From a virus, in IMG/VR virus record IMGVR_UViG_3300029286_000012: 64,000 nt of DNA; one strand, given 5' to 3'. Below, piece after piece: positions 31,712 to 40,047 of the stretch. The notes beneath the pieces are model-generated. The model made no database searches and was not told the origin of the DNA. It was given only the letters and a program-made list of their open reading frames with translations. How positions within the stretch are numbered: the first letter of the stretch is position 1; each line of letters starts with the position of its first letter. A program made the position numbers and the translations under genes.

Positions 31712-32575
31712 ATGAAAACATATCGTTCTATCTTTATCAGTGATGTGCATCTTGGTACTAGAGATAGTAAAGCAGATAAATTAAATAATTTTTTAAAACA
31801 TAATACATGTGATACATTGTATCTTGTAGGTGATATTATTGATGCTTGGAGAATACAACAAAACAAATGGCGGTGGAAACAAAGTCACACCAATGTTGTT
31901 CGTAGAGTTTTGGGTCATGCTAAACGAGGAACTAAAGTAATATATGTAGCAGGCAATCATGATGAATTTTTAAGACCTATGATTCCATATGGATTCAGTT
32001 TTGGCTTAGTAGAAATTCACAATCAAATAGAACATATAGGTGCTGATGGTAAGCACTATTTAGTAACACACGGTGACTTGTTTGATGGTATAACAAGATT
32101 AGCCCCGTGGATAAGTTTTTTAGGAGACAAAGCATATGATTTCATTTTATCGCTTAATAGCAAATTCAATTGGATACGTCATCGTTTTGGTTTTGGGTAC
32201 TTTAGTCTTAGCAAATACCTTAAACACAAAGTAAAAAAAGCCATAGATTTTATGTTTCAGTTTGAAAAAAATCTAGCGGCATATTGTAAGAAGCGAGGTT
32301 TTGATGGAGTTATTTGTGGACATATACACCACGCAGAAATAAAAATTATAGATGGTGTCACATACATGAATGACGGTGACTGGGTTGAAAGTTGTACAGC
32401 ACTTGTAGAACATCACGACGGTCGTTGGGAAATAGTTACTTGGACTAAGGAGAAGGACGATGTGGATACTGATAATACTAGCAGTTCATATGCACGACTC
32501 AAAAGACGTGCCGGGACGGATAGAACTGACATTCCAAGACCAGCACTCTTGCCAACAGGCTTTAAGTACAATTAA
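31712..32575 (+). CDS. plcP: PlcP-like phospholipase C (LpxH/COG2908 metallophosphoesterase)
   Basis: 'YRSIFISDVHLG', 'LYLVGDIID.W...W.W...H..VV', 'GNHDEFLR', 'HGDLFD', 'DGVICGHIH', 'Y.NDGDWVESCTALVE'. A Pho box lies upstream and a glycosyltransferase downstream. Confidence 0.8.
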   Translation: MKTYRSIFISDVHLGTRDSKADKLNNFLKHNTCDTLYLVGDIIDAWRIQQNKWRWKQSHTNVVRRVLGHAKRGTKVIYVAGNHDEFLRPMIPYGFSFGLVEIHNQIEHIGADGKHYLVTHGDLFDGITRLAPWISFLGDKAYDFILSLNSKFNWIRHRFGFGYFSLSKYLKHKVKKAIDFMFQFEKNLAAYCKKRGFDGVICGHIHHAEIKIIDGVTYMNDGDWVESCTALVEHHDGRWEIVTWTKEKDDVDTDNTSSSYARLKRRAGTDRTDIPRPALLPTGFKYN

Positions 32576-32630
32576 ATACAAACTGAAGTTTGACAATTTT
32601 AAGGTTATAGCAGAATGCAAAAAACAATAA
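32460..32630 (+). CDS. Small hypothetical protein, 56 aa, overlapping the plcP 3' end; not in the ORF track
   Basis: MWILIILAVHMHDSKDVPGRIELTFQDQHSCQQAL...AECKKQ*, with AAGGAG/AAGGA upstream, a hydrophobic N-terminus and two Cys. Confidence 0.6.
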   Translation: MWILIILAVHMHDSKDVPGRIELTFQDQHSCQQALSTIKYKLKFDNFKVIAECKKQ

Positions 32631-33331
32631 GTGATAAAATAACTATCGTAGTCCCTTGTAAGAATGAAGAAAATTATATTCATCATTTGTTCAATTCACT
32701 ACGCTCACAAAACATAGGTAACACTAGAATTATCATTGCTGATTGTAGTACTGACAATACTAGACAAGTGATAAAAGATAACAGTTATTTATTGAATGTA
32801 GAAATCATTGAAGGCGGCCCTGTATCCGTTGCCAAGAACAATGGAGCACGATTAGTCACTACTCCGTATATATTGTTTATTGACGCCGATGTTCGTTTCT
32901 TTAAGGATACGGTAATTCATGATGCTGTCAATAAAATGGAATCAATAAACTTGGATCTTGTAGGATTGAATATTAAATCTTATGATAAAGATCCAAGGGC
33001 AAAGATTGGATTCACTGCATTTAACTTAATCAATCACACATTAAAATTCTTTAGTCCTTTCGCAGTTGGAGCGTTTATGCTAACCCGCAAAGATAAATTT
33101 GATGAATACGGTGGCTTCCCTGAAAACTTAGTAACAAGCGAAGATTTCTTTTTGTCCAGAAAATATAGTCCAAAAAAGTTCAGAATAATAAAACATCACT
33201 GTGGTCAAGATAGTCGTAGATTTAAAAAGATGGGATATTTTGGTATGGGTAAATATGTAGTAAAGAATTTCATTAATCGTAATAATAAACAATATTGGGA
33301 TAGTTTAGACTCATCTAAATACTGGAATTAA
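32615..33331 (+). CDS. Family 2 glycosyltransferase
   Basis: 'IVVPCKNEE', 'IIADCSTDNT', 'AKNNGA', 'LFIDAD', 'GGF...SED'. Confidence 0.88.
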   Translation: MQKTISDKITIVVPCKNEENYIHHLFNSLRSQNIGNTRIIIADCSTDNTRQVIKDNSYLLNVEIIEGGPVSVAKNNGARLVTTPYILFIDADVRFFKDTVIHDAVNKMESINLDLVGLNIKSYDKDPRAKIGFTAFNLINHTLKFFSPFAVGAFMLTRKDKFDEYGGFPENLVTSEDFFLSRKYSPKKFRIIKHHCGQDSRRFKKMGYFGMGKYVVKNFINRNNKQYWDSLDSSKYWN

Positions 33332-33379
33332 CATAATTCAGCTCTTTTTCATTTGTATTTGTTAACAGCTAAATACACT

Positions 33380-35599
33380 ATGGACTTAAAAGAACTCGAC
33401 TCATTTAAAATGTCGGATGCAATCACATTTCACGACCAACTTAACCCAAAGTTATTTCGTGGCACTTACCTACAAGCTGACGTATCCGATCAATTAAAAG
33501 TTATAGCACAAGATTTTTTGCAAGAGTTAGGCATTAAAGATTTAGATGTTAAAGATATAACTATATCCGGATCTAATGCGGCTTACAGCTATACGCCCAA
33601 CAGCGACTTAGACTTACATATATTAGTTGATTTAAGTCAGTATCCAGACGATGAGATATACCAAGAGCTATTTCACGCTAAAAAAACAATATACAATGAT
33701 TCACACAACATTAAAGTTCACGGAATTCCAGTAGAATTGTATGTGCAAGATAGCAACGAACCTGTAATTAGTTTAGGCGAATACAGCATATTAAAAGACA
33801 AGTGGCTTAGAATTCCTACTAAACGTAGAAGTAATTTAGACCAAACTGCTACTAAACAGAAATATGAAAAGTTATTAAAACTAGCAGAATATGCATTAAA
33901 GTCAAAGAAATTAAGTAAAGTAAAACAAGTATTACAAACTATCAAACGTTATCGTCAAGCTGGACTAGATAAAGGTGGTGAGTTTGGTCCTGAGAATCTA
34001 GCATATAAAGCATTAAGAGTACAGGGTTACATCACTAAGTTATATGATTTGCGTGACAAATTACATAGTGAGAAGTTAACTATCGAAACGATGTATCAGC
34101 CTATCAATGATGAGGTCAATGAAGCATTTGATAAACCTTATAAAATACTTAGATGGGAAAAGGGTGACTACGGTGATGTAGACGCAATAGCACGATTAGA
34201 TGACAACACCTTTCTAAGTATTATGTTCAACAAGGGAGTCAGTAAAGATTCAAAAGAGGAAGCCTGGAGTGTTGAATTCTATAGAAACAATAGCCAGGAA
34301 GTCACAGGCGAAGGTGATGCACAACGTGTATTTGCCACTGTGTTAAGTGCTATTCAAACATTTATTAAAAAGTATAAGCCTAATCGTGTAATCTTTTCAG
34401 CCAGTAAAGAAGTTGAACAAGGACAGAATGCAGAAAGTAGATCCAGCTTGTATGATAGATTAGTTCAACGCTATGCCAAGTCTTGGGGATTTAAAGCGTT
34501 CCGTGCAGACACCGGCAACAAAGTTATCTACGAATTGAGTAAGATAAAAAAAGACGTAGAAGAAGCACGTAGAAACCCAGAACAGAATAGAAAAAGTGGC
34601 TCTGGAAAATATGACCTTATTAATTACGCCGAAGATAATATTGATGATAAAGATAACTGGGCTGTTAGTATGACTATGGAGCCCAAGTTAGGTATTAATC
34701 CACGTGCGGCTGTTAGTGAAGACACCCCCAAAGGCATTTACTTTTATCCATTAAGATATTTTATGCAAATGGCTGACCGTGATGAATCATTGCCTTGGGG
34801 AGATAACTTCCCCTATCTACAGTTGTTTCAGTATAACCGTTCAGGCGAAATGACTAAACAAACTAAAGTTGATCTTGCTAAACTAAAACAAGTATTAAGT
34901 CAATATTGCCCTGAAGAAGTAATACAACAAGCAAGTGAAGAAGATGAATACGATGGTACACCATACTGGTTTATCTATGACTGCTTAAGTAGACTAGGAC
35001 AAAATGATGAAACTAATGTTGTTCGTTGGAATAAAGTATTGCGTGATTTAGGCTTTACCAGTGTGTATGACGACGGTGGTGGTTGGATTGCTTACAATGA
35101 ACCAACACAAGGAGTTGTGTTAGATCCACGTATTATTAAACAACATAAGATGTTTGATAATCGTAATCCAACACTACAACATAGACGATACGATATACAA
35201 GGATTAGCTGATGCTATTGGTTGGTCTAGTTATTTCCAACGTGAAAGCCAATTACAACGAATATACAATCATCCCGACGAGAAAAAAGTAATGTTGGATG
35301 TTGCTAAGAGTATGCTTAAACCGTTCTTAGGTAAATCTAGCGAAGAAGCAGATGAAATGGGATATGACCAAGCAATAAAAGATGCCGCAGATAAAGTCAT
35401 TGAGATATTAAAACAGCCGATTAATGAAGCGTCTGGCTACATTCCAAGCGAAAAACAGAAAAACGACCCACGTTTTAAGACAGCATTAACAGTAGATGTT
35501 AATCCATATAGTATCAAAAAGAATGCAAAAGCGTTCGGCTGGCTCACAACTAGAGCTGGTATTCCTCCAACAGCAAAGCCATCAGGCAAAATCTCTTAA
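33380..35599 (+). CDS. Multidomain protein: Pol-beta-family nucleotidyltransferase, unknown domain and ART-like domain
   Basis: 'ISGSNA.Y....SDLDLH...VELYVQD' NTase motif. Later modules begin after VNE/VEE/INE sites. Confidence 0.7.
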   Translation: MDLKELDSFKMSDAITFHDQLNPKLFRGTYLQADVSDQLKVIAQDFLQELGIKDLDVKDITISGSNAAYSYTPNSDLDLHILVDLSQYPDDEIYQELFHAKKTIYNDSHNIKVHGIPVELYVQDSNEPVISLGEYSILKDKWLRIPTKRRSNLDQTATKQKYEKLLKLAEYALKSKKLSKVKQVLQTIKRYRQAGLDKGGEFGPENLAYKALRVQGYITKLYDLRDKLHSEKLTIETMYQPINDEVNEAFDKPYKILRWEKGDYGDVDAIARLDDNTFLSIMFNKGVSKDSKEEAWSVEFYRNNSQEVTGEGDAQRVFATVLSAIQTFIKKYKPNRVIFSASKEVEQGQNAESRSSLYDRLVQRYAKSWGFKAFRADTGNKVIYELSKIKKDVEEARRNPEQNRKSGSGKYDLINYAEDNIDDKDNWAVSMTMEPKLGINPRAAVSEDTPKGIYFYPLRYFMQMADRDESLPWGDNFPYLQLFQYNRSGEMTKQTKVDLAKLKQVLSQYCPEEVIQQASEEDEYDGTPYWFIYDCLSRLGQNDETNVVRWNKVLRDLGFTSVYDDGGGWIAYNEPTQGVVLDPRIIKQHKMFDNRNPTLQHRRYDIQGLADAIGWSSYFQRESQLQRIYNHPDEKKVMLDVAKSMLKPFLGKSSEEADEMGYDQAIKDAADKVIEILKQPINEASGYIPSEKQKNDPRFKTALTVDVNPYSIKKNAKAFGWLTTRAGIPPTAKPSGKIS

Positions 35600-35649
35600 G
35601 TTTCCATATTATGGTATTTTGATAAATACTACATCAAACGGGATCCCAT

Positions 35650-36711
35650 ATGAAAATCAGTCAAATTATCCAAGAAACAAGTACAACAGCAGGTTCAATA
35701 GCACCTACAGAACACGGTTTCGTCAAAATGCAAAGTCGTAACCCAAGTGTTTACGGTGGCAATAAAGTAGGCAACCTACTTAAAGGTAAGAAAACTAGCA
35801 AGCCATTTGCTAATAGCTTAAACGAAGCCGCAATGAAAGATTTAGCGTATGACTTACAGACTATGAAGCCAGCTGAATTTCAAAAGAAATACGGTAAAAC
35901 TAGAGAAGAAATGAAAGCTTCTATGAGCAAGCAACCTCAAAAGCCAACTCCACCAGTCAATGAAGCTGACTTAAGCGAACAAGACTTAATCGTTGTGCCA
36001 GGTCAAGGGCGTAGTGTAAAGACAGGTTTTATATCACACGATAAAGATAGAACAGACCACGAAGTAGAAATGGCTGTGAGTGATTTATTCAGTGCAGGTA
36101 AGAACGCTGAGAAAATCTATAACATCGTAAGAAGTGTTAGTGAAGAAGAAGGCTTAGAAGGCTGGGTACAAGAAAAGATTATCAAAGCCAATGACTATCT
36201 AAACACAGTACGTGAATACCTAGAAGGTAAACAACTACGAAGTGTTACAGAAAACAATCAAAGAGGTGACTCACTTGTTACTGACGCATTAAAAATAATG
36301 CGTGGTGCAGAAGTAGGTGATGCTGTAAAGGCACTAAAGACTGTACTAGGAGATAGAGAATACAATAGCCGTCGTGGTTTTTATAATTTCTATATTAGGC
36401 AAATGATTGATGCATATAGTAAGCAAGGTGCTACTGAAAGTTTAGGCACTACTGGTGCTATGACTAATGGTGAGATGGGTGAAAGTCAACTTGACGAGTT
36501 AAGCCCGCAAGCATTAGGAAGTTATGTAAAATCAGCAGCCGGTGATATGGCAAACCGTAAAGGTAATACACAGTTTCAAAAAGGTGCTAGGGTAGCTACA
36601 TCTGCATTCAATTCAAAATTACCTGCAAGTCGTTTTGAGAAAGATGCTAAGATTGAAAAACGTCAGGCTGGTATTGACCGTGCAGTAGATAAAATAACTA
36701 GTAAAAAGTAA
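35650..36711 (+). CDS. Modular putative internal head protein
   Basis: MKISQIIQE N-terminus, E-delimited modules and a late promoter. Confidence 0.55.
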   Translation: MKISQIIQETSTTAGSIAPTEHGFVKMQSRNPSVYGGNKVGNLLKGKKTSKPFANSLNEAAMKDLAYDLQTMKPAEFQKKYGKTREEMKASMSKQPQKPTPPVNEADLSEQDLIVVPGQGRSVKTGFISHDKDRTDHEVEMAVSDLFSAGKNAEKIYNIVRSVSEEEGLEGWVQEKIIKANDYLNTVREYLEGKQLRSVTENNQRGDSLVTDALKIMRGAEVGDAVKALKTVLGDREYNSRRGFYNFYIRQMIDAYSKQGATESLGTTGAMTNGEMGESQLDELSPQALGSYVKSAAGDMANRKGNTQFQKGARVATSAFNSKLPASRFEKDAKIEKRQAGIDRAVDKITSKK

Positions 36712-36712
36712 T

Positions 36713-39607
36713 ATGAGCAAAATTCTTAAAGGTCTAAACGAAGTCAACCCACATAACTACGACAGTGATTGGGATTACCAAAATGCCGTTGCTAGTAGTG
36801 GCAGAAGTCGTTCCAGCTATCGTTCACAAGAAGATGATACATTTGATGACGATGTTGCATACTCTAAAAAGATGTATCAACTAAGCCAAAAACAAAAACG
36901 TGATGCAGACCATGATAGATTAGCAACTGGTACTAATGAAGGTATAGATGATCCATGGGGAGATCAAGGTAACTTTGCAGGTGATAAGCCGGTTAATCTT
37001 GGTGGTGTTTCTATTAAAAATATACAGACTGGTGACACCGTTAAGTATTTTGGACAACCATCAAAAGTAGTTGCTATGAGTAAGGATCGTAAATATTCTC
37101 GCATCACAATTTCAAAAGGTATAGGTGAAGTTACGCAAGATGTATTAACAAGTGACTTACAACAATTAGGTCAAGGTGTTAGTGAAGAACAACTTGATGA
37201 AATCTCTAATGAGAAATTAAGTCAATATAAAACAGCGGCGGCATTAGATGCAGGTAAAGCTGATTTAGCAGGTGACTATAAGAAAGCTGATAAACGTTTC
37301 AGTGGTATTGTTAAAGCAACTAAGAAACAGTTTGCCAATGATACAAAAACTGTCAAAGAAGATATCAATGTTGTATATAAAAAAGCTAAATCATTAATAA
37401 CACAATTAGATGAAAATACACAACAAAGAGTTATTAATGCATTAACAAAAAATATAGATGATGAAGAACAAAAAACATTCAAATCTACTTACCCTAGAGT
37501 AAACAATCCTCAAATATTAGGAACAAAAAATAGAGCTAAGTCAGCTTACTATCCACCAAGTAAACCTAATGTAAAGAAGTTAGATAAACCACTGCCAGAA
37601 AGTTTGGGTGATGAACTAAAATCTAAATCATTAGAAGCATTACAGCAAGTTAAACAACAACTTGAACAACAACGTATAGCTGATTTAGAGCAGTGGGAAA
37701 AAGATTTTAAACAAAATACTGTTTCTAAGTTCACAGCAAGAGAACCTAATTTTAGACAAAGAGCTACATCTACCCCTATGGTAGCAATGCCAGGTGAGAA
37801 ACATTCTGAACTAAAAGCAAGATTAAGCCAACTTGATAAAGCTATTGAAAAACAAGGTATATTAGATAACTTAGTTCAAAAGCTTGATAAGAAGGGTCTG
37901 TTGACACCAAACATTGAAGCCGGTGTTGATACAAGTATGTTAGCACGTGATGGTGCAAGAGATAACTATGTTGAGTTGAATAGAAAACTAGACAAAGCAT
38001 TAGAGTATGTTAAGAACAGATTATTGACTAACAAAGCCGCATATGCTAAACCAAAAGGTGTTGATGAAGGTTGGAGTCAAAAGTATAAGAGTAGTATCAA
38101 CTGTAGTCATCCTAAAGGTTTCAGTCAAAAGGCTCATTGTGCTGGTAAGAAAAAGCACAATGAAAGTATTGAAATGGAAATGGTATGTGAAGACTGCGGT
38201 ATGTGTGAAACACACGTAGACCATACTAATTTAGATGAAGCCTGTTGGAAAGGTTATCACAAAGAGGGTAACAAGAAAATGTTTGGCAAAACATATCCTA
38301 ACTGTGTAAAAAATACTAATGAAGAACAGCTAGATGAAAAATGTTGGGATACGCATAAGCAAGTAGGTATGAAAAGTAAGGGCGGTAAACAAGTTCCCAA
38401 CTGTGTGCCAAAAGAAAGTGTAGAAGAAGGGGAGGTTATTCCAATGCAACCTCGTAATCCTTTGAATAAAAACCTCATCATACAACTTAAAGCATTAAGT
38501 GAAACTGCATTAGAAATATTTTGGGAAGGTTCTTATGTACCAACAGCCGCACAAGGGCAAATGGCACAATTAAGTCAACAAGAACAAACTAAAATATTTA
38601 ATCAAAATGTAGCACAATTTAAAGCACTTGGTTATGAAACTTCTATATTTGAAGATGACATGGATATTTTATTTTTACATTCTATTGCAAGAGAAGCATG
38701 GTATGACTCTAAAAAACCAATGAGTAAATATCGCGGATTACCTGACTTAGAGTATAATAGTGACACTAACAGCTTAAAAATTATTGATTTAATTGGCGAT
38801 GACGATGAAGGTATTGTGTATGATAAGAATGTATATGAGCAAGATATAACGGAAGAAAAATGTCCACATTGTAATGGCCCAATGTTCAGTGAAATGATAA
38901 TGAACGAAAAGAAAGATGCTTGCTACTATAAAGTAAAGAGCCGTTATAAAGTATGGCCAAGTGCTTATGCCAGTGGTGCATTAGTAAAGTGTCGTAAAAA
39001 AGGTGCAAGCAATTGGGGCAACGGTGGAAAGAAAAATGAAAGTTCTATACTAGAAGGTATTGAACAAGCGGATGAAAGTTTGCACGATTGGTTCAATAAA
39101 GAAAAATGGGTTCGTATGGATACTAAAGGCAATATTAAAGGTCCTTGTGCTAGAGAACCCGGAGAAGGTAAACCAAAATGTTTGCCACAAGCAAAAGCTC
39201 ACAGTCTAGGTAAAAAAGGTCGTGCTAGTGCCGCTCAACGTAAGCGTAGAGAAGATCCTAATCCAGAACGTAGTGGTAAAGCTATCAATGTTAATACAAA
39301 GAAAAACTCTAATGAAAATGTAGACGAGAATTGGAAACAGAAATTAGGTGCGGCTGCATTAACCGGGGCAATGGCACTAGGAGCAGCCGGCGCTAATGCT
39401 AGAGTTACACCCGGTGATGATCCTAATATTAATCGTTTAACAGGCAAACCCAATATCACACAACCTGTACAAACTCAAACTCCTACAAAAGCAGAAGCAC
39501 CAAAAGGCTTTAGTAAAGAATATCTACAGAGCGTGGTAAATGGCACACATCCAAGACCTATGATTAGTGTTGAGAAAGCACAAGAACTATTAAAGCAAGG
39601 ACAATAA
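36713..39607 (+). CDS. Large modular putative internal head polyprotein
   Basis: More than 10 short modules bounded by xxE sites, including two CW..(Y/H)K..G.K......PNCV repeats. Confidence 0.6.
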   Translation: MSKILKGLNEVNPHNYDSDWDYQNAVASSGRSRSSYRSQEDDTFDDDVAYSKKMYQLSQKQKRDADHDRLATGTNEGIDDPWGDQGNFAGDKPVNLGGVSIKNIQTGDTVKYFGQPSKVVAMSKDRKYSRITISKGIGEVTQDVLTSDLQQLGQGVSEEQLDEISNEKLSQYKTAAALDAGKADLAGDYKKADKRFSGIVKATKKQFANDTKTVKEDINVVYKKAKSLITQLDENTQQRVINALTKNIDDEEQKTFKSTYPRVNNPQILGTKNRAKSAYYPPSKPNVKKLDKPLPESLGDELKSKSLEALQQVKQQLEQQRIADLEQWEKDFKQNTVSKFTAREPNFRQRATSTPMVAMPGEKHSELKARLSQLDKAIEKQGILDNLVQKLDKKGLLTPNIEAGVDTSMLARDGARDNYVELNRKLDKALEYVKNRLLTNKAAYAKPKGVDEGWSQKYKSSINCSHPKGFSQKAHCAGKKKHNESIEMEMVCEDCGMCETHVDHTNLDEACWKGYHKEGNKKMFGKTYPNCVKNTNEEQLDEKCWDTHKQVGMKSKGGKQVPNCVPKESVEEGEVIPMQPRNPLNKNLIIQLKALSETALEIFWEGSYVPTAAQGQMAQLSQQEQTKIFNQNVAQFKALGYETSIFEDDMDILFLHSIAREAWYDSKKPMSKYRGLPDLEYNSDTNSLKIIDLIGDDDEGIVYDKNVYEQDITEEKCPHCNGPMFSEMIMNEKKDACYYKVKSRYKVWPSAYASGALVKCRKKGASNWGNGGKKNESSILEGIEQADESLHDWFNKEKWVRMDTKGNIKGPCAREPGEGKPKCLPQAKAHSLGKKGRASAAQRKRREDPNPERSGKAINVNTKKNSNENVDENWKQKLGAAALTGAMALGAAGANARVTPGDDPNINRLTGKPNITQPVQTQTPTKAEAPKGFSKEYLQSVVNGTHPRPMISVEKAQELLKQGQ

Positions 39608-40047
39608 TGTTATCAGATAATCTAAAAGTACTATTAGCTAGTACACAAAGCTTTGCTATCAAAAGCCAGAACTTTCATTGGAATGTTGAAGGCAGCAACT
39701 TTCCACAATATCACGACTTCTTTAATACATTGTACGAAGATGTAAATGCTACTATTGACCCTATTGCTGAATATATCAGAATATTAGGTTCGTATACGCC
39801 CGGAAGTTTAACAAGATACGCAGAACTATCAATCATTGAAGACCAAATTAAAATCCCACGTGCTGAACTAATGTTTGCTGAATCATTACAAGACTGTGAA
39901 TTAATGCTTAAGTTAGTAACAGCAATGTTTGATGAGGCAGCTAGTGAGAATCAACACGGTATCGAAAACTATATGGCCGAACTACAAGATTTGTACGGCA
40001 AGAAAGCTTGGTTCATTCGTTCTATATTAAAACGAGAACGTGAGTAA
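39607..40047 (+). CDS. dps: Dps ferritin-like protein
   Basis: 'K.QNFHWNVEG.NF...H..F..LY......D.IAEYIR.LG' and 'KKAWFI'. Confidence 0.9.
   Translation: MLSDNLKVLLASTQSFAIKSQNFHWNVEGSNFPQYHDFFNTLYEDVNATIDPIAEYIRILGSYTPGSLTRYAELSIIEDQIKIPRAELMFAESLQDCELMLKLVTAMFDEAASENQHGIENYMAELQDLYGKKAWFIRSILKRERE

Noticed and set aside
31712-32575. Annotation as lipid A enzyme LpxH
   Set aside because: It belongs to the same superfamily, but the motif context, Pho box and neighbouring GT fit PlcP better, and no other lpx genes are present. Not fully excluded without a phylogeny.
32590-32612. TTGACA as a promoter for the GT2 gene
   Set aside because: There is no acceptable -10 at 16-18 nt spacing, and it lies within the small overlapping ORF.
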